The position numbers and the translations under genes were made by a program. A stretch of 58,696 nt of DNA, counting the filler, from Platydemus manokwari (Eukaryota), in NCBI GenBank assembly GCA_037951405.1. It is 4 parts of 4 records of this genome, joined end to end, with 100 filler letters (N's around TTAATTAATTAA, not from the genome) between each part and the next. Parts side by side here need not be neighbours in the genome. Positions count along the whole stretch, not along the records: positions 12,071 to 26,663 come from JBBMOY011435867.1; 3 more parts are not named here. One strand, written 5' to 3'. A model generated the notes under the pieces. It was not told the DNA's origin, did no database searches, and saw nothing but the letters and a program-made list of their open reading frames with translations. Within the stretch, counting starts at the first letter, position 1. Every line of letters begins with the position of its first letter. Shown piece by piece: positions 13,955 to 23,490 of this stretch.

Positions 13955-16900
13955 TTACTGAGCAACTTCTACCTTAAACGGAGTAGCGTAAGACTTACCG
14001 TACTCAACCGTCATCGGTGCGAGGTTTGTAATAACAGGTCGCGCTTCAACTGGGTTCTGCGTTACCTGAATCTCTACAACATATTCACTCCGTCCTTTAT
14101 AAGTGAATGTCAGTGTAGCTGTGTGAACAACTGGCACTGATGTTGCTGTTAAGAAGTTGTACGTGATCGTATCTTTACCAATGCTCTCGATAGTCAGTAC
14201 ATCATTATCAGTAAGAGCAATGGCAAGACCAGCATCATCGTTATCCAGTTGGTCAGTCCCAAGCATTACTGCCTGTTTCAGAACCGCTGGTACGAAGCGA
14301 GAACCTTCACCCGTTGTTGCAAAGTCTGCAATCGGATCCAGGTTAGCCGGAATGACTTCGAACTGTACAGGAACATCCAGGAAGTCAGAACCAACGTTCG
14401 AGTTTCCTGTATCGTGAACAGAACGCAACTGCACCATCCCTTCACCACGCCCTGCTTTAATTCCATTCACAACAATGGCAAGCTGGTTACTCTCAGTGAC
14501 GTTCATTATTCCGTACGACACCAATCCGTCAGCAGTATTACTATTACCCGTATCAAACACTACGTTACCAGGCAGAGGAACACCAGAGTAGTTACCTTTG
14601 ATGTTAATCAGACCTTTCTCGCCAACACCCAGAATTACAGGATCAGCCGTAGCGACGATTTCCTTACCGTTCCAGCCCAGGATGTTAAACTTGATTGGGA
14701 GCTTCAGGGTGAACAGAACGTTCTCAAGTCTGATGTCAAGTTCAAAGACCGGAAGCACAGGAGTGTTAGAAATCTCTGCAAACTTAACGTACCACTTACC
14801 ATCACGCATTTCTACGTAAGAGTTAGACTGAACACGAACTGCAGACACTTGACTGGTTACGTCATTACCCTTCCAAGTGACGTGGAATGGGACATCTCCA
14901 CTGTCCTTAATACGAGCGGTGCTTTCTTCAGTAGTAGCTGTAGCGATCGGGTGTTCAACGGTTGATACTTGAACCAGGTTAATGTCGGTAAACTTGGCGT
15001 GCAGAGAAACATGCACGGACTGCGGACCCAATGTGAATACAGTAGGTGTGACTTTCTCACCCACAGGGATTACATTAGCAAACTTAAGTTGCAAGTAGTT
15101 CGGGTTTCTCCACCAATCCGCTCCGTTAACAGCAAGCTCTTGGTTACCAGCACCGAAATCTGCAAGACCTGTACCAAACCCAGATGAAGTCATGTTGATC
15201 GGCGTTATACCCTTACGCATGGTATAAAACCAATTCATGGCCTGACCTACTGTTCCTTTCAGTTCTTTTGTCCAGGTGACTGGATAGAAACGTTCAGAAT
15301 TATAACAGTAAGTAGGAATGGTCAACTTAACGAAGTCCACACCTTCAACTGCATTGACATCTGTTTCCTTGGTAGTAAGACCAATGTACCAATCAGTATC
15401 TTCAGATGCCAGCCCATCAACAAGACCCAACATACCTGTATAAACGTATGGTTGTGTCGTCGTCAGGTTGGAGCCTTTGATCATCGTGGAGTTCGTCTTG
15501 GTAGTCCACAGAGAGTAAGGACGAGTCCCAGCGTTATCAAGAATCTTACCTCTTAATTCCACTTGGAAGTTGTACCCAGTACTCTGGCTCATTCTGGAGA
15601 TGATGCCGTTATTAAACCCACTTGGATTCAGAAGGGTAACCTTCAGTTCTATACCGTCATATGGATTAATGTGGACGTTAGTGGTCGCGGTTAGGTCATA
15701 ACTACGCAGGTTATGGAAGAATGTAAATTTCCATGTTACCGGCGTTGTCAGTCCTTCTTCAGTTCCTTTAACTGCTTGCCAACCTTCGGTGAATGTTCCT
15801 TGCTGAATGTACTCATTCGTATCAACAGAAATCGCTGTTACGTTGGTCGCAGTCAGAGGTACATTGACTCCATCAACTTGTACAGAGAACGGATAGGTCG
15901 TATTCGCTTTCCACACATCCGTAGTTGGTTCTGTGATGTCAGTTACTTCAACCACTGGGTCAGGAGCACCAGGAGTACCCTTAAATATAACAGGATAGTC
16001 GTAGTTGAAAGTGTATACTTTCATCGGTGTTCCGGTCAAACCTTTATACCAATAATTAACAACAACTGGCATGGTGGTTTCAATATCTGACTCGCCTGTG
16101 TTTTCAAACATCGATTCAACATCAATGTAATCAGTACCGGCTGCGCCATGAAGTCTGAACACGTCATTTCGCACAATGTCACTATTACCAGTTGTAGTGT
16201 CGCCAAGGTTGATATCAAGTCGACCAAAGGTAAGAGACAGCGGAACCTTGATAGAAACGTAAGGTTTTGCGCCAGCTGGGATGATAATAGGATCAGGAGT
16301 AATGCCGTCCTTAAACACCACTTCCGGTTTAAACATCTCCCAGGTTATTGGACACCTGGAAACGTTCTTATCGAGCGTGCCTTGAGGATAACCGTTAGGT
16401 CTGGTAACGCCACCGGTGGGTGTTTCTATATATTCCACCAACTGGTATCCATCAACAAGACCTTCCTTAACAGGTTGGAGACCCACCCCTATATATGAAC
16501 CACTACCGGTACCTCCAGAGACATACTTTATAAGACCTTGAGAACCAATAAAGTTGTTAATAATACTGATATTATTAGCATTAGCTCCGTTAGGTGAATT
16601 TTTGTTCCAGACTAAAGTATCAAAGTAAAGTACAAAATACTCAGACGAAGACATGACAGCAGGAACAGATATTACATCTTTCTCACCGTCTTTGAACAGG
16701 ATCAGTTTATTGACCATGTCCTTTCTCAGAGTAGCTTTATACTGAACCTGGTCCCAAGCTTCAAACGTAGTCGGAATCGTTATCTGAACTGTTTGACCAC
16801 CATATAAATCAGAGATCTTAACATTATAAATAACGTCAACGGTTTCTTCAACCTCTGGTGCACCGATGATCTGAATGCGATGAGGTTGACCTGAAGCTTT

Positions 16901-19900
16901 AGCTTTAACTTCAATACGTGGATCATTAACACCAATGATAGTAAGCTCACGACGCAAATCAGTTCCTGGACTAGAAACGGCGGTTACAGAGAAATCATAA
17001 CTCTGCCAAATCTTAACTGTTTGTGGTACTGGTGTAATAGTAATACCAGCATAGGCACTGACAGTCATGGTGAAACGAGTTTTACCCATCACAGGTTCTG
17101 CGACGTCTTTCACATCCCAACAGAAAATGAAGGAACCAGCTGTTGTTACCAAACCAGTTAAAGTAACAACCATGTCATTACCGTCAGCGACGACAGACTT
17201 GATTGTAAACTTCTCTTCATCAAACTGCGAGAACTGAGATTCCGCTTCATTCAAAATAACATTCGTAGTTGGTTTACCACGATAAGTCATTTTAAAACGG
17301 ACAACCGTATCTTTGTCTTTAATTAACTCAAACGGGTTAGGAGCAGCAGTTCCGGACAATTCATAAACTGTTCCAACACCATCCATAATGAAATAGATAG
17401 TAGCCGGGATCTCTACGAAATCACCACGGAATGGTGCTTTGATCGTAACTTCATGATCAAGGCGAACATTGGTACCAGTCTTAGGACCAGAAACAACTTG
17501 CCACCAGTTCTTAGCGGTATTTGGAGCTTCCGGGAGATCAACCCACGGTTCTACTCCAACAGACTTGGATGTCCACTTAACAGGTTCACACTGTGCAGTG
17601 ATATCTGTACTGGCTGGTCCAGATACAATCTTCAAACCAACTGTTGATGCCGTGCCAAGTTCCCACAGAACAACTTTCTTACCACCGATGTTTGCAAGAC
17701 GAGGATAGTCATTAGGCCATCTAATGCTCACACCTTGGTCTGCTTCACCTTTATGGGTGATACCAGTAACAGGATCAACATATGTATACTTACGTTTGAC
17801 ATAGTACAATCCATGTGGGGTATCCAAAGGGGCGATGATCTTGACGTTATAAGTCACGTCGCCAGTATAAGTAATCTCAAAAAGATTTACTGGATCAAGT
17901 TCCAAAGTCAGGTTGGGATCATTAAACGGAATAGTCTTAGTTCCGAGTTTAACAGAACCGCCCATTCCAAGCGTATCCCCATTCCCACCAACCACGTTAC
18001 CGCCAATGGTAACTGTCAATGGAATGTCTGTAGAAGTATAATGTAAAGGAAGGTCTACGTAGTCTTTAAACTCGATACCAGGCTTCACACCCTGTGGTTG
18101 ATAGAAACGGATAACTGCATCCAACTCACCAGACTTCAACGACTCTGCTTCAAAGGTTGTCGTCGCGACACCTGAAACAATTTCCGTCTTAGAGAAAATA
18201 AGATCAAAGTAATCAGGCCAGTTAGCGTTAGTGAAATCAATCCAGCTATCAGCACCATAAATCTGCTGACCATTCAGTTTAAACTGAACTTGCTCAATCC
18301 ATTTCTTACCAACTTGAGTAGTTACTTCAGTTGGTGTCATCACCGCTTCGAAATACTTCTGGTTCCATGGTTTAATGGTCCAGATGGTATTTGCGATACC
18401 TTCCCAATCCCAATGACGATAAGTCCCGACATACTTGGTAGAGATAGTCTCAACCTTTTCAACTTCATCAGCGTTAATAACTTCAAACGCTTTTACAAGC
18501 ATCTTAATATAAGTGCTCGGAGGTTCGTTGTTATCGTAAGTCTGTACCCACATTGGACCTAAGTTCACACCATCACACATCACAGTAGGAGCTTTAATAG
18601 ATCCTTTCTGGAACATCTCAACGCTATAAGTAACATCACTTACAACAGGAGCTGATGTGGTGTATTGCTCAGGAATTTCAACACGACGGGTATATGGAGT
18701 TCCACCATACATGTAACGCACGATAATGAAGTCAGAGATGTCAATTGTCTTACCTGGTTCCAGAGGTCCTCTCAGTTCATAACCGAAAGTATCTTTGGTA
18801 TAAACACCATCAAGATTCAGGACACCTGCGTTCATGTTGTTTTCAGTTGCGGCTTCAACAGAGAAGCTTAAGCGACCTTCAGCGATTTCCTCTTCAACAT
18901 TCAGAAGAATACCCGCAAACAGAACTTCCATTTTGTACGTGCCGGTATCTAAGTGTTTACCGACCAGTAAGTTATCACGAACACCGATTTCGACACCCAG
19001 TTCACCCATTACCTTGGTAGGTAACTTAGCAGACCAGATATGATCTTCAGTTGGAGTCGGACCAGCTTCTGGAGACCAGAACACCAGTTCCATTTCACCC
19101 AGACCAGGTTCAGTACCTGTTACAGTGATTTCGTAATACTCACCAACAACTTTAACTTCTTTGACTTCTAAGGAGTCAGGGAAGGTAGAAAGGTTTTGTT
19201 TGAATGGAGCGCTACCACCAACTGGTTTATCCTTATACAAAGGACGAACACGAATTGTGGCATCTACACCAACACCTGTCTCCACACTGGTTGGAGAATA
19301 AGTACATTCAAACTTAACAACTTCTTCACCACCGCCGCCTTCTTCACCTGTACGCTTAGCAATCTTAAACTTAGCGTCAAAGTCAAGTGACTGCTCAACG
19401 TTAGTAGAATCAACACGATAGTAAAGACGCATTGGAAGTGTAACTTCCTTCTCTGCTTCTTTATCGGCATTGATCATTTCCCAACCACGTGGTGGATGGA
19501 ACTCAACGTAAGTGCTAGGAGCACCAGCCAGTTCATAACGAGTGATTGCTGTAAGAACTTTCTCACCCAGTAATACGTTCTGACTAAATGAGCCGGTATC
19601 CCAAAGTTTACCAGACACTAAGTCATTGTTGTTGATCGTAGCCAAACCAGTTTCAATGGTAACGTTAGTTGACCATGTTGCTTGTTTCGCTGTAGGAGCA
19701 CCAACTTCGTATGTAACAATGAAGTCTTCTGGGTAAAGCAGAACAGAACCAGGCGTACCTGATTTAGTTGCTGTAATCGTTACCCCACTCGCATTAGCGC
19801 CACCGATGGTCACTGCTTTTGATGCAGTATCAGCTAAGCGATAACGCACACCAGGGGCATTTGGAGCAACCGGATATGGCCCATAAGACAACGTCAGCGG

Positions 19901-22900
19901 AATAACACCACTTTCACCCCAACCTAACGTAATAGCATTGCCTGAGGACTCGATAGCGAAGACTTCGTCAGTAGACGTAGTGATTACGCGATAGTTCTTC
20001 TCGGCCTTGTCTACGTTGATTACAGGGTTCTCTGGCGCGCCTGGACGAAGGAACACTAACTTCATATTGTCAGTTGCTTGACCAACAAAGGTATACGTCA
20101 ACAGACCTTCTGGAGTTAATTCACCCAACGTAATGTTTCTTGGAATTACACAGTTGGGAAGATCCAACGTTACACCGGTAATAGCTTCGCCAGCATAGGT
20201 GTAAGAATACTGAATAGAACCACCTGTACCTGCTACACCTTCAAGCGGCAATTCAGGATCAGGTTTAACAACGAACTTCAATCCGTCATAACGTTCAATC
20301 TGGAACTCGGTTTCCACATCGATAGTGTAGTTGTTACCACCCATCTGATATGCGAGCATCAACATGACTTGCGTTGTGACAGGACGAGACGTATTACCGT
20401 CGATAACATACCAGTTCGATGGGGCTACGAATGAAACGTATGGGTTAGTCCCTAATGGCGTAATACCATCGATCGGAACATTCTGTCCACGCTCATCACG
20501 TAAGGATACACGAAATTCACCACGGTCCCAAACCTTCACGCCGTAAACAGGATTACTCCCAACAGCGACAGAAGGAACACGAATAGTTGCTGGAACAGTA
20601 TGCGTATCAGTCCAAGTCTTACCGTCAGCATCAACATAACTAACATTAATACGAACAGTGTAATCGTAACTTGTCCCTTGCTCGCCACCTTTGACCAATT
20701 CAAAGGTCATGGTCTTATCGCCAAGCTCAACTAACTTAACCGGATCGCCTGTACCAGAGGTAGCAGTGATGGTCATGTTTGGATCGGACAGTGCGATAGG
20801 AATACCAGCAAAGTTATATTCCAGAGCAAACTGAACTTTGTCTTTCCAGTACCCACGAATGTTGCTACCAACATTAATCAGGTTCAGTTCACGAGGCCAT
20901 GCAATATCAGTAGGGATAACCGCACGAATAGTTGCACCAGACTTATGAACGTAAGCCAGCGTCATGTCATGAATACCACATTTGGTCGTTTCATAACAAA
21001 CAACTAACCCTTCACCTTCAACCTGAGAACCCACACCCAGAATCATCGTTTCAGGAATAGTGCTCAACTCTTTGTTCAGAACAACATCGGCAGTAGCCGG
21101 TAAGTTCTTATACGTAAAGGTAGCAACAATACGCCCATTGGTACGGGAGTCCTGAGTGATTTCTGTTGGAGACCATACACCTTTAAAGGTGATTTGATCC
21201 CAAGCACCTAAGTGATAAGTAACGTCTTGACGGAACTCTTGGTTCTTAGTTTCACCTACGGTCCATTCGATAACCAATTCAAGCGGAAGCGTCAATTCTT
21301 CTTTATCAGCCCATACAACTTCCCAATTCAGCTTGTTAAAGCTGATGTATGCTTGACCGGGATCGGAGTAGATACGAGTAATCGCATTGGTCCATTCCTT
21401 CTCGCCTGCAAACAGTTTAAATGGAAGCTGACCTGTTTCCCAGATGGCTGTGTTGATCACATCAGTGTTCTCAACTTCTAAACGCATCGGAGGATATTTC
21501 GTGGTAACAGGAATACGTACACTTGCTCTGGTAATTGCTAATGGATCTAACGGATCAGAGTAGCTGAACTTAACCGTCATCGTTTCAGTGATGTTGGTAC
21601 CGATATAACGCCAAATGCTATTCTTAACCATGAACCCAGTAGGTTTGGTTTCGGAGATAACGAAATCGTGCTTATCGGTTGGTTCAAACTCAATCGTTAA
21701 TTGAGGATCTTCCAGCGTGATTGGCTGACCTGCGAAAGTCAGATTAATCAAAACTTCTTTAGCCGGACCATCAACGTCAATCTGAGTATCTGTGCTATAA
21801 GACTTCAGCTGCAGAATACGAGACTGGGTGACGTTGGTGTTGACTGTCAACATCGCTGTGTCTTCGTTTGTTGGTTCCCCAACAACACCAGGACGAACGA
21901 TATAGATCTGTCCAGTAGCGTTAGTCGGCTCCAGTTTGTTGTACTTATAACGAATAACGTTTTCTTCTTCAACGTACTCGTGTTCTAAGTACTCAATGTG
22001 CTCAGGAACAACAGTGCGGTCTTCCAGAATAATAGCATCCTTGGTAATATCCACACCTTCGTTAAACACACGGAAATCAAACTGACCTGTTTCGTTGTTC
22101 ATCCCACTGATCATTACTGATGTAGGAACGGCAACAACTTTACTGTTTACTGGTGGTTCTGGATCAACAGGTTTCTTGTACGCTTTGATGTGGAATTGCT
22201 GATCGTACTCAAAGTCTTCCCATACGCCGTCAATCAAATAACGGAAGGTAAACTTCATTGACATATCACGATCAGGCTCACCATCACCAGGAACTTCACT
22301 CACAATCCAAGAAAGAGGAGAACCGTTGATACGGGTAATCATGTTCTCTGGATCGTTAAAGCTAAATCCACTGATGCGGTTAGTGACATCTTCCCCGTTC
22401 ACAGTCAGAATACATGGAACGTAACCTGTAGAGTAACGTCCAACTTCTAACGGCTGGGGATAACGCGGAGTCAAAGTCCAAACTGACTTCTTACGTACCG
22501 TTACGCTAATGGTGCGGTTCTGGGTATAACGTACACCTGTTGGGGCGATCCAACGGAAAGCTTGAACAAAACTATCAGCAATGGACTGACCAGGCTTACC
22601 GGAATCCTTAAGAAGGACGTAAGTAATACCTGTTGCTGTCACACCAGTCAGCTCGATTAATTCATCTTCACCAACAACACCAGGACGAATACCCAAGTCG
22701 GTTGCAGGGATTGGTTCATCGCCATAGAAGGCACTGACTTCAATCTCACCAGTGTCACCCTTATAACCGATGACGTTACTGGTTAACCCTTTAATGGTAA
22801 ACTGAGGACCAGCAGTTGCACGGATCAAGTGAACGTTAACATATACCTTTGCTTCTTCTACGATGTTACCAGAAGAGTAACGCATATCCGCAGAATACAA

Positions 22901-23485
22901 AGCACCTTTCTGTTCTTCTTCCGGTTTGAACGATGTAGACAACGTACCGGTATAAATCATCGTCATACCGTCGGTATCAAAACCTTGGTAAGTCAAACGA
23001 CCAAAAGAAGGATCCGCGGTTAACTCGTTAGCCGGGATATTGATTTTAACCTGCGTATCTTTATAGAAAGCAGCAATCTTAAATTCAACTGGCGAACCAC
23101 TTGGTACGGTCAGCGTAGGTGGTGTAACCACAAAGCTCAAATCGTACTCAGTGTCCTTTTCGATCTTCACAATGATCTTAAAGGTTTTCTTAACCGGACG
23201 ACCGTTCCACATATAAGTAACACGAACAAGAATCTCATCCGTTACTTCTACGTTATCAGAACCAAAGATGGTTTCACCTTCAATGAAGTTACCATCAGCA
23301 GAACGTACAGGAATGGTGTAACCAGACTCTGTGGAAAGTTCTACAGTTGCAACATGGGTGATATCGGTTGTTCCGTTAAACCAATAGGTGTTCGGAATAG
23401 TGAAATCTTTACCACGTTGAGTTGTAATACTTTCGGGTAGGTTAGAAGTGATCTCTGGGAGGTTCGCTTCTTCGAGAACTAACTC
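13955..23485 (-). CDS. Giant Ig-like/beta-sandwich repeat virion protein (fibre-like); the frame is open from the UAG at 23488-23486, first ATG at 23212 (3085 aa)
   Basis: 9.5 kb stop-free frame ending in TAA; T/V/G/P-rich; recurring roughly 300-aa super-repeat. The 91 codons upstream of ATG 23212 are also open and look like the same domain type (ITTQRGKDFTIPNTYWFNGTTDIT). Confidence 0.85.
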   Translation of the reverse strand, partial: ELVLEEANLPEITSNLPESITTQRGKDFTIPNTYWFNGTTDITHVATVELSTESGYTIPVRSADGNFIEGETIFGSDNVEVTDEILVRVTYMWNGRPVKKTFKIIVKIEKDTEYDLSFVVTPPTLTVPSGSPVEFKIAAFYKDTQVKINIPANELTADPSFGRLTYQGFDTDGMTMIYTGTLSTSFKPEEEQKGALYSADMRYSSGNIVEEAKVYVNVHLIRATAGPQFTIKGLTSNVIGYKGDTGEIEVSAFYGDEPIPATDLGIRPGVVGEDELIELTGVTATGITYVLLKDSGKPGQSIADSFVQAFRWIAPTGVRYTQNRTISVTVRKKSVWTLTPRYPQPLEVGRYSTGYVPCILTVNGEDVTNRISGFSFNDPENMITRINGSPLSWIVSEVPGDGEPDRDMSMKFTFRYLIDGVWEDFEYDQQFHIKAYKKPVDPEPPVNSKVVAVPTSVMISGMNNETGQFDFRVFNEGVDITKDAIILEDRTVVPEHIEYLEHEYVEEENVIRYKYNKLEPTNATGQIYIVRPGVVGEPTNEDTAMLTVNTNVTQSRILQLKSYSTDTQIDVDGPAKEVLINLTFAGQPITLEDPQLTIEFEPTDKHDFVISETKPTGFMVKNSIWRYIGTNITETMTVKFSYSDPLDPLAITRASVRIPVTTKYPPMRLEVENTDVINTAIWETGQLPFKLFAGEKEWTNAITRIYSDPGQAYISFNKLNWEVVWADKEELTLPLELVIEWTVGETKNQEFRQDVTYHLGAWDQITFKGVWSPTEITQDSRTNGRIVATFTYKNLPATADVVLNKELSTIPETMILGVGSQVEGEGLVVCYETTKCGIHDMTLAYVHKSGATIRAVIPTDIAWPRELNLINVGSNIRGYWKDKVQFALEYNFAGIPIALSDPNMTITATSGTGDPVKLVELGDKTMTFELVKGGEQGTSYDYTVRINVSYVDADGKTWTDTHTVPATIRVPSVAVGSNPVYGVKVWDRGEFRVSLRDERGQNVPIDGITPLGTNPYVSFVAPSNWYVIDGNTSRPVTTQVMLMLAYQMGGNNYTIDVETEFQIERYDGLKFVVKPDPELPLEGVAGTGGSIQYSYTYAGEAITGVTLDLPNCVIPRNITLGELTPEGLLTYTFVGQATDNMKLVFLRPGAPENPVINVDKAEKNYRVITTSTDEVFAIESSGNAITLGWGESGVIPLTLSYGPYPVAPNAPGVRYRLADTASKAVTIGGANASGVTITATKSGTPGSVLLYPEDFIVTYEVGAPTAKQATWSTNVTIETGLATINNNDLVSGKLWDTGSFSQNVLLGEKVLTAITRYELAGAPSTYVEFHPPRGWEMINADKEAEKEVTLPMRLYYRVDSTNVEQSLDFDAKFKIAKRTGEEGGGGEEVVKFECTYSPTSVETGVGVDATIRVRPLYKDKPVGGSAPFKQNLSTFPDSLEVKEVKVVGEYYEITVTGTEPGLGEMELVFWSPEAGPTPTEDHIWSAKLPTKVMGELGVEIGVRDNLLVGKHLDTGTYKMEVLFAGILLNVEEEIAEGRLSFSVEAATENNMNAGVLNLDGVYTKDTFGYELRGPLEPGKTIDISDFIIVRYMYGGTPYTRRVEIPEQYTTSAPVVSDVTYSVEMFQKGSIKAPTVMCDGVNLGPMWVQTYDNNEPPSTYIKMLVKAFEVINADEVEKVETISTKYVGTYRHWDWEGIANTIWTIKPWNQKYFEAVMTPTEVTTQVGKKWIEQVQFKLNGQQIYGADSWIDFTNANWPDYFDLIFSKTEIVSGVATTTFEAESLKSGELDAVIRFYQPQGVKPGIEFKDYVDLPLHYTSTDIPLTVTIGGNVVGGNGDTLGMGGSVKLGTKTIPFNDPNLTLELDPVNLFEITYTGDVTYNVKIIAPLDTPHGLYYVKRKYTYVDPVTGITHKGEADQGVSIRWPNDYPRLANIGGKKVVLWELGTASTVGLKIVSGPASTDITAQCEPVKWTSKSVGVEPWVDLPEAPNTAKNWWQVVSGPKTGTNVRLDHEVTIKAPFRGDFVEIPATIYFIMDGVGTVYELSGTAAPNPFELIKDKDTVVRFKMTYRGKPTTNVILNEAESQFSQFDEEKFTIKSVVADGNDMVVTLTGLVTTAGSFIFCWDVKDVAEPVMGKTRFTMTVSAYAGITITPVPQTVKIWQSYDFSVTAVSSPGTDLRRELTIIGVNDPRIEVKAKASGQPHRIQIIGAPEVEETVDVIYNVKISDLYGGQTVQITIPTTFEAWDQVQYKATLRKDMVNKLILFKDGEKDVISVPAVMSSSEYFVLYFDTLVWNKNSPNGANANNISIINNFIGSQGLIKYVSGGTGSGSYIGVGLQPVKEGLVDGYQLVEYIETPTGGVTRPNGYPQGTLDKNVSRCPITWEMFKPEVVFKDGITPDPIIIPAGAKPYVSIKVPLSLTFGRLDINLGDTTTGNSDIVRNDVFRLHGAAGTDYIDVESMFENTGESDIETTMPVVVNYWYKGLTGTPMKVYTFNYDYPVIFKGTPGAPDPVVEVTDITEPTTDVWKANTTYPFSVQVDGVNVPLTATNVTAISVDTNEYIQQGTFTEGWQAVKGTEEGLTTPVTWKFTFFHNLRSYDLTATTNVHINPYDGIELKVTLLNPSGFNNGIISRMSQSTGYNFQVELRGKILDNAGTRPYSLWTTKTNSTMIKGSNLTTTQPYVYTGMLGLVDGLASEDTDWYIGLTTKETDVNAVEGVDFVKLTIPTYCYNSERFYPVTWTKELKGTVGQAMNWFYTMRKGITPINMTSSGFGTGLADFGAGNQELAVNGADWWRNPNYLQLKFANVIPVGEKVTPTVFTLGPQSVHVSLHAKFTDINLVQVSTVEHPIATATTEESTARIKDSGDVPFHVTWKGNDVTSQVSAVRVQSNSYVEMRDGKWYVKFAEISNTPVLPVFELDIRLENVLFTLKLPIKFNILGWNGKEIVATADPVILGVGEKGLINIKGNYSGVPLPGNVVFDTGNSNTADGLVSYGIMNVTESNQLAIVVNGIKAGRGEGMVQLRSVHDTGNSNVGSDFLDVPVQFEVIPANLDPIADFATTGEGSRFVPAVLKQAVMLGTDQLDNDDAGLAIALTDNDVLTIESIGKDTITYNFLTATSVPVVHTATLTFTYKGRSEYVVEIQVTQNPVEARPVITNLAPMTVEYGKSYATPFKVEVAQ

Positions 23486-23490
23486 CTAGA
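23454..23490 (-). promoter_or_regulatory. Predicted mRNA hairpin enclosing the in-frame UAG (candidate recoding element)
   Basis: mRNA UCU[A]GGAG-UUA-GUUC-UCGAAGAAGC-GAAC-CUCC[C]AGA: 7 of 8 bp outer stem with an A-C mismatch at the A of UAG, a 3-nt bulge and a 4-bp inner stem. Confidence 0.4.
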
